Below, piece by piece: positions 1-9,492 of a DNA stretch of 61,178 nt (position 1 is the stretch's first letter; the number at the start of each line of letters is the position of its first letter). Both the position numbers and the translations under genes were made by a program. The DNA is from Patescibacteria group bacterium (GTDB taxonomy: Bacteria > Patescibacteriota > Patescibacteriia > Patescibacteriales > UBA12465), in assembly GCA_023229115.1 (NCBI GenBank), contig JALNZW010000008.1, positions 1-61,178 of the forward strand. Direction: 5' to 3'. The notes below the pieces were generated by a model, which ran no database searches, had not been told where the DNA came from, and worked only from the letters and a program-made list of their open reading frames with translations.

Positions 1-3000
1 CCGAAAATGATTTATTGAGTGAAAAAGCCACGGTTGATAGCTGCTATTATAATCACTTGCTATTATTAAGCCTTGGCACTTCGGAAATTCAGAAAAACTC
101 AGAATTGCAATATAAAAAAGAACAGGACGTAGACCGTGAGGACATGCTTGACGTTGCGGTTAATGATGGCCGAAAGGAGGCTTTTTATAAAGCGGCTAAA
201 AATTATTTATCAAATAAAAATGAATATAATAGAAATAAAGGTGCTAATAAATACAATCTCGAAAAAAGAGATCTTGATTCTAGCGCTTTATTGGTTTTAA
301 ATAAATTTCAAGTTTTAGACAGTTTTTATAGAGATCGTGATTATTATAGTTTTGAAACTTTGCCGTCTTTTGTCGCTGATAGGATGATTGAAAATAAACA
401 GCAATCTGATTTATATTATTCCCAAATTTTTACTAAATTTGAATCGCTCAGTAATTTAGTGGCTAAAGATATTTTTAATAATGGAGCCGATGAAGTGATA
501 AATAAATTTTTACATCATTTTGATCGTTTTTCAGAAACTAAACCTCTTTGGGCTTTAGATAAAATTTTAAAGTGCTTTAATTTAGATACAAGAGAAGACC
601 TAGTATTAGATTTTATTGATAAACATATTAAGAGTTCATCAGAATTAAAAAAGGCCTATGCGTTAATTATTTATTATGGAGTAACAGTTGCGGATGATAA
701 AATTAATAATAGTTTACCGGGAGAGGATAAAGAAGAATATCGAGATATTAGAGATAAATTTATTACTGATATAACTTTGGCATTGGGTGATAATTACAAC
801 AATCGTAACCACGCAAACGTTAAAGATTTAGAAAAATTTTATGAAATGGCTGAAAATGGTTATGCCCCAGCCCTTTTAGAAAGAACTGCGAATTATGACG
901 TTGGTTTTGATAAAAAAATATTAATTGAAAAATTAAAGAAAAATAGGCAAAGTTCTTATATTTTAAGAAGATATGACCTTGAAGAAGGGATTGCCACGGA
1001 TAGTTTAATTGCAAATATTATAAATGAAGGCGATATGGATGTTTTGGCGGCAAAAATAAACAAGATAGATAATATTGGAGAAGAAAATATTATTAAATTA
1101 TGGGAGAATGGTTACGGAAGAGCTATTAAAAAAAATATAAAAAACTTCTCTCATTTATCTGATAAAGTTTTGCAATTATTTATTGATGCCGGCGAAGAAT
1201 ATGTTATCTTCTCAAATTTTAACAGTTTTAAACCAAGCTCGGAGGCTCTAAAGGGCTTAATTGATAATTTTGGAGATAGATTTGCAGATAGTAGTATTGA
1301 TTTAAAATATTTTGAAGATTGCGGTCTTTTCGATTATTTTTTAGAAAAAGTTAATAGTGCTAATTCTTTAAAGAAGTTGTTGGATAAAGGTTTTATTGGC
1401 CTAACAGCTGATAATAAAAACAAGTTTGTTAAAAAAATAGGCAGAACTGAAGCTTTCGAGGATTTTTTGATTTATGCTATTAAAAATAATTCTTTGTCGG
1501 ATTTAGATTTCCAGATTTCGGGCGATTATCTTGATAAGTTTATTGAAAAAAATACTGGTGAAAAGATTGTTTCATTCTTTTCAATTATAAAGAGTATTAA
1601 AAATAAACCAGAAGATTCTTTTTATATAAAAAATATAGATTTATTTACGAACGACGATAACCAGACTTTAACTTCTTTTTTTATTAAATTATCAAATGAA
1701 AATATTTTATCTCGTTCTCAGGAAGACTTAGATTTATGTTTCGCGGCTGATAAAGATTTGGCCAATAGATTGATTGAAACAGGGAAGATTAATTTATTAA
1801 TTGATAATTTGGAAAAATTTAAAAAATTAGATCAGGAAATAGCCTTAAAGTTAGTTGAGGTAAAAGCCGTTGACTCTTTAGTTAATAATATAGAAAAATT
1901 TGAGAATCTTAATCGGGATTTTGGCAATGAATTAATGAATTCGCTTCAAGAATTTTCTAAAATTGTAAAAATTAATGAATATTTTAATCCCTCTTTAGAT
2001 AAGTTGGTCGCTAAAACCTCGGAAATATTTGGAACTTTTGCTAGTGCTGATAATTATAATATGATTAAGGGTATTAGTGGTGATGACAAAGAAATTATAA
2101 AAAAATTAAAATTGAAAAAGGGCGGTAATGACGGCTTGAGAGAATTACAGGAGAGATTTACTGAATTTAAAAAAGAAATTATTTCGGAAGATTTTAACCC
2201 CGAAGTTTTATTGCAGGGAGATAATAATTCTTTGTATTTGCCATATTTTCAATCATATATCAGACTGCAAGAGGCTAGGTGGGGGACAAAGAATGACGAG
2301 AGTTTTAAAAATATTATTATTAATTATGTTAATCATAAGAATGCGGGCGAAATAAAAGGGCTTAATCGTAATTTTAGACCTAGCTCAGAATTGTTAATCG
2401 CCAAATCCGATACTAGCGGCAGAGAGAATCATCAATTTAATGAGCATTTTTTAAATAGATTTTCCGTGTTAGTTGACTCCATTAAAGCCGCTAAAAACTT
2501 GTATCAAGAAAAATTTCCTCTTAGTAAATTAGTGGAAGAAATAGAGAAAAAGAGATTGGAGCTAACTAAAGAATTAAAAGAAAAAGTTAATAATATGCCC
2601 AATCCTATGGCCAGGGAGGGGATTAATCAAAAAATAAACTTACTCGAATCTATTAATATAAGAGATTTGAAAGATTTTCAAAATAATTTTTCAATTTTAG
2701 CTAGAAATAATGAATTTAATGAATTATTAAGGCAGTCAGTTTTTTTAATGAGTTTTGCTAGAAACAAACAAAGCTTAAATTTCGATTTGGATAATATTGA
2801 TTTAGATAGGCCAAATATTAGTGATATGTCTTGGGTTCTTGATTTTATTGATCATATTACTAATCAAGAGACTATGTCCAAATATTTTACTGATAAGAAA
2901 GCGAAAAAAATGTTCAATGAAATAATCTCAGCTCAAGCTATTAGTGATGAAATGGCTTTGTTACAAAATACTGGCGGTCAATCTAAAGACTTTTCCAAAA

Positions 3001-3494
3001 TTCAATTAATTCCTACCAGGGGGGTGTTAACTGAATTTTCCGGACATATAGCGGATGCTTGCTGGGCTTCGAAGTATGACAGTATATTAAAGGGATTTCC
3101 TAATTTTACCTCAGTTATTATCAGGCAAAATCCAGAAACAAAATTTGAAAGATTGGCTGGAGCTTTTATGTTGGTTGAAACAGAGTCTAAAGAGGGGGAT
3201 CCTTTACTAGTCGTCAGAGGTTTTAATCCTATAGAAAATTTAATTAATTCATTATCTGTTGAAGATTTTTATAAAAAAACTACAGAATATTTGAAGGAAT
3301 TAGCTAAAAAAGATAATCGTAAATTAGCTATTGTGATTGACGATCATTCAGGGGGATCATCAACTAATAGGCCAGTGCTTTTTAAATATTTAAGCGAATT
3401 GTCGAAAAAATTAGAGGCCGTTGACCTAAGGTCAGAGGATGATACTAGTTTTAATGGATATAATATTGTCAGACAGACTTATTTAGTGGATTAA
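1..3494 (+). CDS. Large hypothetical protein, probably 5'-truncated by the window edge
   Basis: ORF track 15..3494 (1159 aa, TTG start). The frame stays open back to nt 3, so the true start may lie upstream. N/K/D-rich and helical, with no motif I recognise. Hairpin terminator follows. Confidence 0.6.
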   Translation, partial: ENDLLSEKATVDSCYYNHLLLLSLGTSEIQKNSELQYKKEQDVDREDMLDVAVNDGRKEAFYKAAKNYLSNKNEYNRNKGANKYNLEKRDLDSSALLVLNKFQVLDSFYRDRDYYSFETLPSFVADRMIENKQQSDLYYSQIFTKFESLSNLVAKDIFNNGADEVINKFLHHFDRFSETKPLWALDKILKCFNLDTREDLVLDFIDKHIKSSSELKKAYALIIYYGVTVADDKINNSLPGEDKEEYRDIRDKFITDITLALGDNYNNRNHANVKDLEKFYEMAENGYAPALLERTANYDVGFDKKILIEKLKKNRQSSYILRRYDLEEGIATDSLIANIINEGDMDVLAAKINKIDNIGEENIIKLWENGYGRAIKKNIKNFSHLSDKVLQLFIDAGEEYVIFSNFNSFKPSSEALKGLIDNFGDRFADSSIDLKYFEDCGLFDYFLEKVNSANSLKKLLDKGFIGLTADNKNKFVKKIGRTEAFEDFLIYAIKNNSLSDLDFQISGDYLDKFIEKNTGEKIVSFFSIIKSIKNKPEDSFYIKNIDLFTNDDNQTLTSFFIKLSNENILSRSQEDLDLCFAADKDLANRLIETGKINLLIDNLEKFKKLDQEIALKLVEVKAVDSLVNNIEKFENLNRDFGNELMNSLQEFSKIVKINEYFNPSLDKLVAKTSEIFGTFASADNYNMIKGISGDDKEIIKKLKLKKGGNDGLRELQERFTEFKKEIISEDFNPEVLLQGDNNSLYLPYFQSYIRLQEARWGTKNDESFKNIIINYVNHKNAGEIKGLNRNFRPSSELLIAKSDTSGRENHQFNEHFLNRFSVLVDSIKAAKNLYQEKFPLSKLVEEIEKKRLELTKELKEKVNNMPNPMAREGINQKINLLESINIRDLKDFQNNFSILARNNEFNELLRQSVFLMSFARNKQSLNFDLDNIDLDRPNISDMSWVLDFIDHITNQETMSKYFTDKKAKKMFNEIISAQAISDEMALLQNTGGQSKDFSKIQLIPTRGVLTEFSGHIADACWASKYDSILKGFPNFTSVIIRQNPETKFERLAGAFMLVETESKEGDPLLVVRGFNPIENLINSLSVEDFYKKTTEYLKELAKKDNRKLAIVIDDHSGGSSTNRPVLFKYLSELSKKLEAVDLRSEDDTSFNGYNIVRQTYLVD

Positions 3495-3561
3495 TTCATT
3501 AAATTAGCTGGTTTAATAATTGTTTCAGCTCTAACACAGTCCACGACCCCGTGCGGTAAAT

Positions 3562-3588
3562 AAAATACAGAACTTTGTTCTGTATTTT
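3562..3588. terminator. Hairpin terminator, usable on both strands
   Basis: aaaatacagaac-ttt-gttctgtatttt, a perfect 12-bp stem flanked by an A-run and a T-run. Confidence 0.6.
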
Positions 3589-3595
3589 ATTTATT

Positions 3596-3774
3596 CAAGC
3601 GAAACGAGGTGGGATTGAATAGGAGGGTTGAAGTGAGCTAGTCGGTGCTCAGTAGGACAACAATGCAGCGAGTGTTGGACGAAGCTCCAATTGAGCTCCG
3701 GGCACAATCCCTTTGTAACGAAAGAGCGAGCGACTGCGAGCGATTGAGGCGAAATTTCTACTGCCCGTGTCAAT
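3596..3774. ncRNA. G+C-rich structured element A (candidate ncRNA or mini-element)
   Basis: About 180 nt of clearly higher G+C inside A+T-rich DNA, sitting between two related hairpin terminators. Helices seen: gggattg 3611-3617 with caatccc 3705-3711; ttgga/tccaa around 3675-3690; gagc/gctc. The only ORF (3591..3773, minus) looks spurious. Confidence 0.35.
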
Positions 3775-3803
3775 AAAACACAGAAAATTTTTCTGTGTTT
3801 TTT
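3775..3803 (+). terminator. Hairpin terminator, diverged duplicate of 3562-3588
   Basis: aaaacacagaa-aattt-ttctgtgtttt followed by T's. The left flank cccgtgtcaataaaaca resembles cccgtgcggtaaataaaata ahead of the first hairpin. Confidence 0.6.
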
Positions 3804-3883
3804 GCATCTTTAAAGTAATAAATTTGATATTTTTATTATTAAATTAATTTGTAATTTATATTTTTTTCTTATAAAATTAACTT

Positions 3884-4602
3884 ATGAATATTGAATACTT
3901 ATTTTTAGCTTTAATTGTTTTTTTAGCTGGTATTATACCTGAGCTAACAGGATTTGGAGTAGCCACCATTTCGATGGCTTTGTTGTCTTTGTTTCTGCCA
4001 TTAGAGTTGGTTATACCTTTAGTGGCAATTATTTCATTAGTTGCTACTGGCATTGTTGCTTTTACTACAAAAACCAAGGGAATTTTAAAACATATATTAC
4101 CCTTAATGCTCGGTTCTGTTTTTGGTGTTTTTTTGGGAATGATTTTTTTAAAATCAATCAATGAAGATTTTTTGAAATTAGTATTGGGAATTTTTTTGGT
4201 GTTGCATTCTTTCTATGGTTTATTAAATAAAAGTGCTATTTTCCCCAATGGCAAAGTGACGGGCGTTGTCACTGGTCTTATGTCTGGATTTTTTGCTTCT
4301 TTGTTTAATATTCATGGACCTCTCATTGGCGTTTACTCATCTTCCACTAAAAATCTTTCTAAAATTCAAATTAAAGATTTTATTGCCACTCATATGTTCT
4401 TTTCTGGTATCTTTACGGTTATGGGTCATGGTTTGTCGGGGAGAATGACTACCGATGTATTTTTTTATGCTTTATTATCTTTGCCTTTTCTTCTTTTGGG
4501 TTTGATAGTGGGAAAAAAATGTTTGATAAAATTGATGTTCTTTGGGTCAAGAGGGTTGTTTATATCATGATTTTTTTCGCAGGTATTTCCTTTCTAATTT
4601 AA
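3884..4602 (+). CDS. TSUP/TauE-SafE family membrane anion exporter, C-terminus disrupted by a frameshift in an A7 run
   Basis: ORF 3884..4570 (228 aa), polytopic, with a TauE-like N-terminus LAGIIPELTGFGVATI. After A7 at 4513-4519 a 1-nt frame change reads GKKMFDKIDVLWVKRVVYIMIFFAGISFLI*, a good final TM helix with stop at 4600-4602. Confidence 0.6.
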
Positions 4603-4649
4603 AAGAAAGTTATTTCTTAAAGTTAAAGACATTTGGTCTTTTGTTATGA

Positions 4650-4678
4650 TTGACAAATTTAATCTTTTGTGCCATAAT
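4650..4678 (+). promoter_or_regulatory. Sigma70-like promoter
   Basis: TTGACA 4650-4655, 17-nt spacer, CATAAT 4673-4678, about 60 nt upstream of the ATG at 4740. Confidence 0.4.
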
Positions 4679-4739
4679 CTTATGGTGTTCTAAATTTATT
4701 ATTGAACTTTAAAATCATAAAAACCTTAAAATTACAAGC

Positions 4740-5174
4740 ATGAATGAAACTGTAAAACTTGAAAATTATAATCTAAAAGCCGGTGAGGCTGAATTTGATA
4801 GTCATTTAGAAGAAATCGAAATTGGAAGTAACTTAGGTGCAAGAGAGTCTACTTACCGATTTGCCCATCAGCAATTAAGAGTTTTTTTGTGGGTTGTTCC
4901 TTTTATTGTTTCTTTTTTTATAAGCATAATTCCTTTTTTGGGTCCGTTCGTTATTGGAGTGCTTGTTTATAAATTAAATGAAAGTAAACTAGTGGGACAA
5001 GCAAGAGAGATTTTTATTTTTTCATTTTTGGGAATATTAGCTTATTGTTTGTCTTTTTATTTCTCTAGTTGGTCAATTAAAGCTTTTGCAGTGGTCACGC
5101 TGTTGAATTTTTCGTTTTACTTTGGTGGTTTTTTCTGGAGTATAATTTTTAAAAAAAGAAAGAATGTTGAATAG
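4740..5174 (+). CDS. Hypothetical membrane protein (about 4 TM)
   Basis: ORF track, 144 aa, with hydrophobic segments after a 40-aa acidic N-terminus. Confidence 0.5.
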   Translation: MNETVKLENYNLKAGEAEFDSHLEEIEIGSNLGARESTYRFAHQQLRVFLWVVPFIVSFFISIIPFLGPFVIGVLVYKLNESKLVGQAREIFIFSFLGILAYCLSFYFSSWSIKAFAVVTLLNFSFYFGGFFWSIIFKKRKNVE

Positions 5175-5267
5175 GTTAAAATTTGTGGGCTTGTCAAAAT
5201 GACAGCCCTTTTTATAAAAATTTTTTAGAGTTTTTAAATAAAATGTTATAAAAAAAACCAAGTATGA

Positions 5268-5544
5268 TTAACTTGGTTTTTTGTATTTTATATATTGCCA
5301 GAGAATGATTATGAAAAAAATTAAACCGATTATATCCGGAATAAATATAAAATAACTTTTTATTGATAGAGAATATCCTGATCTTGAGATGTAGACCAGT
5401 AAAGGAAGAATTACCATCGGGAAAGAAAATTCACATTTTTTCTTCCTTGTAATTTTTAATTACTTGAGATGGCACTGCTATTAAAACCATGAGACTAGCA
5501 AGTATCATGGTTGATGATCCCAAAAAACTTTGTAAATTTTCCAT
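5268..5544 (-). pseudogene. SemiSWEET-like PQ-loop protein (3 TM, ~91 aa) interrupted by a frameshift in an A6 run
   Basis: The minus-strand ATG at 5544 overlaps the upstream stop (TAATG). It reads MENLQSFLGSSTMILASLMVLIAVPSQVIKNYKEEKM*. Removing one A from the run (plus-strand T6, 5436-5441) continues ...EEKCEFSFPMVILPLLVYISRSGYSLSIKSYFIFIPDIIGLIFFIIILWQYIKYKKPS* with stop at 5268-5270. Confidence 0.5.
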
Positions 5545-6167
5545 TAAACTTCTTTGTTTTTAAACTTCAAATAAGACAACAGTAGAGCGATCCATAAAAA
5601 TAGAAAAAGGGAATTGGTAATTTGCATTGCCCAAATATTTACAATAATCGAGTATATCAGCCAAAAAGAACAAGAACTTATACTTACAAAAACTTGGCTT
5701 GGATGGTAGGATCCTGAACTTTTGTTTTTCCAAATTTCAAAAATTTGTATACCCAATGTCACCCCAATAATCAATCCTAAAATAAGAAAAACTATATCTC
5801 TGTTAGGGCTGAAAATCATTGTTGGTAAAGCCAAGACTGAAAAAAGTCCTATAATCTTTTCCTTGTTTGTAATTTTCTTAAATCGTAAAAGATTTATAAC
5901 GATCATAAGAGAGAGAATTCCTAGAAGTCCGTTGATGCTGAGGGCTAGGCTTTTATTGGTCAACCCAAACACACTTACTGCCAAAGCCGAAAAACCAAAA
6001 AAAGAATAAAAAGAAAAAGAGACTGATTGGCCCGATTTTGTTTTTAATATTCTTTGGTTTTGTTTTATAAAGGCAATTGCTTGCAATACAGTAAAAATCA
6101 TTGTGGCGACAAAACTAATAGTTAGCATGTTCATGCCAAATCCTTTTAATTCAGCAAATTCTACCAT
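5544..6167 (-). CDS. 7-TM PQ-loop / SWEET-like membrane protein
   Basis: 207 aa with seven hydrophobic segments in a 3+1+3 layout. PQ-loop-like motifs follow TM1 (LQAIAFIKQNQRILKTKSGQSVS) and TM5 (IQIFEIWKNKSSGSYHPS). Confidence 0.5.
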   Translation of the reverse strand: MVEFAELKGFGMNMLTISFVATMIFTVLQAIAFIKQNQRILKTKSGQSVSFSFYSFFGFSALAVSVFGLTNKSLALSINGLLGILSLMIVINLLRFKKITNKEKIIGLFSVLALPTMIFSPNRDIVFLILGLIIGVTLGIQIFEIWKNKSSGSYHPSQVFVSISSCSFWLIYSIIVNIWAMQITNSLFLFLWIALLLSYLKFKNKEV

Positions 6168-6286
6168 TTTTTAATTTTTTGAGGTTCTACAATATGTTTA
6201 AAGTCAACTTTCAATTCTATCATATTTAAAGCTAAAAGTCAATTGTAATTACTTGGACTATAGTTTATTTTGATTGTTTGTAATAA

Positions 6287-6316
6287 TTGGCAAAATAATC
6301 ATAAATCTTGTATAAT
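6287..6316 (+). promoter_or_regulatory. Extended -10 promoter for ileS
   Basis: TTGGCA 6287-6292, then TG-n-TATAAT with TATAAT at 6311-6316, about 33 nt before the ATG. Confidence 0.4.
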
Positions 6317-6348
6317 ATCTAAGTATTTTAAATATTTAAATTTTCTAT

Positions 6349-9303
6349 ATGAATGAAGATCAAAATAAAACAAAAACAACATCTTTTCCGCAAATGGAAT
6401 CTAATGTTTTAGATTTTTGGAATAAAAATAATATTTTTTCAAAATCAGTTGAGCGTGAAGCTCCTCAAGGTGATTATGTTTTTTATGATGGACCTCCTTT
6501 TGCTACCGGAACTCCTCATTATGGACATATTGTCGGTCAAATTTTGAAAGATTTGATGCCTCGTTTTTTTACAATGAGAGGGTATAAAGTAGAGAGAAAA
6601 TGGGGTTGGGATTGTCATGGTCTTCCAATCGAAAATATAGTTGAAAAAGAAATGGGTAGTAAAAGTAAAAAAGCAATTGAAGAGCTGGGTGTAGAAAAAT
6701 TTAATAGTTCTTGTCGATCTAAGGTTCTAGAGTATGCTCAAGAATGGTATAAAGTTTCTGACAAACTTGGACGTTTTGTTGATCAAAAAAATGCTTATCA
6801 CACCATGGACTTGGAGTATATGGAGTCTATTTGGTGGGTTTTTAAAACTTTATTCGATAAGGGTTTGATTTATAAAGATTATCGTTCTATGCATGTTTGT
6901 CCTCGTTGTGAAACAACGCTTTCACAATCAGAAGTAACTGAGGGTTATCAAAATATAAAAGATTTGTCTTGTATTGCTAAATTTAAATTAGCAGATGAAG
7001 ACGATACTTTTGTTTTAGCCTGGACCACTACTCCCTGGACACTTATTGGTAATGTAGCTTTGGCTGTGGGTAATGATATTGACTATGTTAAAATATCTCA
7101 CAAAAAAGAAGATGGTGTAATTGAAAATTACATATTAGCCAAGGAAAGATTGGCTGAAATTTTAAAAGATAAACAATTTGAAATAGTAGAAGAGTTTAAA
7201 GGTGAAAAATTATTAGGCAAAAAATATGAAGCTTTGTTTGATTATTATTTAGATAATGAAAAATTAGAAAACAAAGAAAATTCTTGGCAAATTTATTCAG
7301 CCGATTTTGTTAACACTGAAGAGGGAACCGGAATAGTTCATATTGCTCCAGCCTTTGGTCAAGATGATATGAACTTAGGTAAAGAAAAAAAACTAGCCTT
7401 TGTTCAGCACGTAGATATTGATGGCCATTTCAAAAGTGAGGTTTTAGATTTTAAGGGACTTAATGTTAAGCCTAGTGGAGATCATATGACAACTGATATT
7501 GAGATTATTAAGTATTTAGCTGGAAAAGGGTTGTTATTCTCCAAGGAAAAATATGAACATAGCTATCCTCATTGTTGGCGCTGTGACACTCCTTTAATTA
7601 ACTATGCTACTTCGTCTTGGTTTGTGAATGTAACTAAAATAAAAGATGATTTATTAAGAGAGGCTAAAAATATTAATTGGTCACCAGATTATTTAAAAGA
7701 AGGTCGTTTTGGTAATTGGTTGGAGGGTGCTCGTGATTGGTCAATTTCTCGTCAGAGATTCTGGGCTAGCCCTTTGCCTATTTGGGAGTGTGCTTGTGGC
7801 GAAAGAAAAGTTATCGGTTCAGTAGAAGAATTAGAAAAATTAAGTGGTCAAAAAATAAATGACATCCACAAGGATGTAGTTGATAATATTGAATTTGAAT
7901 GTCCTAGTTGTCAAGGAAAAATGAAAAGAATTCCTGATGTCTTAGATTGTTGGTTTGAAAGTGGCTCTATGCCTTATGCTCAACTTCATTACCCTTTTGA
8001 AAATAAAGAAAAATTTGAAAAGAATTTTCCGGCTGAATTTATTGCTGAAGGAATTGATCAGACGAGAGCTTGGTTTTATTATTTACATGTTATAGCTGTT
8101 GGTCTTTTTGGAAAAAATCCTTTCAAAAATGTTATAGTTAATGGTATGGTGTTAGCTGAAGATGGCAAGAAAATGTCTAAAAAGTTAAAAAATTATCCCG
8201 ACCCAATGATGATTATTGAAAAATATGGAGCAGATTCTTTGAGAGCTTATTTGCTTTCCTCTCCAGTTGTGTCAGCTGAAAATTTTAATTTTTCTGAAAA
8301 AGGAGTAGCTGATTCTTTGAGAAAAAATATTATACTACTTAATAATATTTATAATTTTTATCAGATGTATGAAAATGATTTAGATCAAACTGATTTTGAT
8401 AATTATCAAAAAAGTTCTGATATTCTAGATCTTTGGATAGTTGAAAAATTGAACATTTTAATTTCGGAAGTAGAGTCGTCAATGATTGCTTATAATCCCG
8501 TTAAGGCTATGAGGCCGATAACTGTTTTTATAGATGAATTTTCTACTTGGTATTTAAGAAGGAGTAGAGATAGGCTGAAAGGTGATAATGTTGAAAGTAA
8601 AATCTTTGCTTTATCCACAATGCGCTTTGTTTTTCTTAATTTGAGTAAGCTTATAGCCCCTTTTATGCCTTTTATAGCTGAAAATATTTGGCAAAAAGTT
8701 ACTAAGAATGATTTTAAGGATTCAGAAAAATCTGTTCATTTAGAATCTTGGCCTTCTTTTGAATTCAATGAAAAAAACAAAGAAGTTTTAGAAAAAATGA
8801 GTATAGTTCGTCAGGTAGTTGAACTAGGATTGGCTAAAAGAGATGAAGCTAAAATTAAAGTTAGACAAATGTTAAGTCAGGCCATTATCAATGGCCCTTC
8901 TGCAAAAAATATAAATGATCAAAATTATTTAGATTTAATTAAAGATGAATTAAATGTGCAAGAGGTTAAATGGCAAGAAATTGCTGATGGTGATAATTTA
9001 TCAGTGGAACTCGATTTGGAAATTACTCCAGAATTAAAACAAGAAGGCTTGAAACGTGATTTGGTTCGTTTAATTAATATGCTTCGTAAAGATTATAATT
9101 TTTCAGTTAATGATCAAGCCAAGGTTTATCTTTCTGGTGTTAATAGTGAAGTTAAAACACTTCTTGATGTTGCTGGTGAGTCAATTAAGAAGGATACCTT
9201 ATGTAATGAATTGATTGTCGTTGATGATTTGTCAGAATTGAGTAATAAAAAAGAAGTTCTTCTTGATGGCGAAAAAATACATTTAGCGATAGAGAAAAAA
9301 TAA
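6349..9303 (+). CDS. ileS: Isoleucyl-tRNA synthetase, type 2 (eukaryote-like)
   Basis: 984 aa. PPFATGTPHYGH (HIGH motif), WDCHGLPIE, KMSKKLKNYPDP (KMSKS motif). Confidence 0.9.
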   Translation: MNEDQNKTKTTSFPQMESNVLDFWNKNNIFSKSVEREAPQGDYVFYDGPPFATGTPHYGHIVGQILKDLMPRFFTMRGYKVERKWGWDCHGLPIENIVEKEMGSKSKKAIEELGVEKFNSSCRSKVLEYAQEWYKVSDKLGRFVDQKNAYHTMDLEYMESIWWVFKTLFDKGLIYKDYRSMHVCPRCETTLSQSEVTEGYQNIKDLSCIAKFKLADEDDTFVLAWTTTPWTLIGNVALAVGNDIDYVKISHKKEDGVIENYILAKERLAEILKDKQFEIVEEFKGEKLLGKKYEALFDYYLDNEKLENKENSWQIYSADFVNTEEGTGIVHIAPAFGQDDMNLGKEKKLAFVQHVDIDGHFKSEVLDFKGLNVKPSGDHMTTDIEIIKYLAGKGLLFSKEKYEHSYPHCWRCDTPLINYATSSWFVNVTKIKDDLLREAKNINWSPDYLKEGRFGNWLEGARDWSISRQRFWASPLPIWECACGERKVIGSVEELEKLSGQKINDIHKDVVDNIEFECPSCQGKMKRIPDVLDCWFESGSMPYAQLHYPFENKEKFEKNFPAEFIAEGIDQTRAWFYYLHVIAVGLFGKNPFKNVIVNGMVLAEDGKKMSKKLKNYPDPMMIIEKYGADSLRAYLLSSPVVSAENFNFSEKGVADSLRKNIILLNNIYNFYQMYENDLDQTDFDNYQKSSDILDLWIVEKLNILISEVESSMIAYNPVKAMRPITVFIDEFSTWYLRRSRDRLKGDNVESKIFALSTMRFVFLNLSKLIAPFMPFIAENIWQKVTKNDFKDSEKSVHLESWPSFEFNEKNKEVLEKMSIVRQVVELGLAKRDEAKIKVRQMLSQAIINGPSAKNINDQNYLDLIKDELNVQEVKWQEIADGDNLSVELDLEITPELKQEGLKRDLVRLINMLRKDYNFSVNDQAKVYLSGVNSEVKTLLDVAGESIKKDTLCNELIVVDDLSELSNKKEVLLDGEKIHLAIEKK

Positions 9304-9326
9304 ACTTCAATTTTTTTGTTTGTTAT

Positions 9327-9355
9327 AAAGACTAATCTATTCAAGATTAGTCTTT
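9327..9355 (+). terminator. ileS terminator hairpin
   Basis: aaagactaatct-attca-agattagtcttt, a perfect 12-bp stem with a weak T-tract. Confidence 0.55.
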
Positions 9356-9492
9356 ATTGTTTATTTAATTATTGTTATAATTTAAATATGAAGAATTATG
9401 CTGCTAAATTTTTAAATAAAATTGTTGAAGTAAAAATAGATATAATTTTTAAGAAAGATTTTTCAAGTCAGTAATTATAAATTAAAGAGAAT

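Noticed and set aside
3591-3773. ORF-track minus-strand ORFs covering the G+C-rich elements (3591..3773, 37701..37907, 60811..61035) and the plus-strand ORF 38003..38191
   Set aside because: They exist only because G+C-rich DNA lacks stop codons. 37701..37907 overlaps a bona fide tRNA. The peptides are Arg/Ser/Pro-rich and lack RBS context. Similarity between copies is at the nucleotide and helix level, not the codon level.
9388-9474. 28-codon ORF MKNYAAKFLNKIVEVKIDIIFKKDFSSQ upstream of the CYTH gene
   Set aside because: The start vaguely resembles N-termini of small pyrophosphatase-like proteins. It is too short and diverges after VKID, so at best it is a gene remnant and not supportable.
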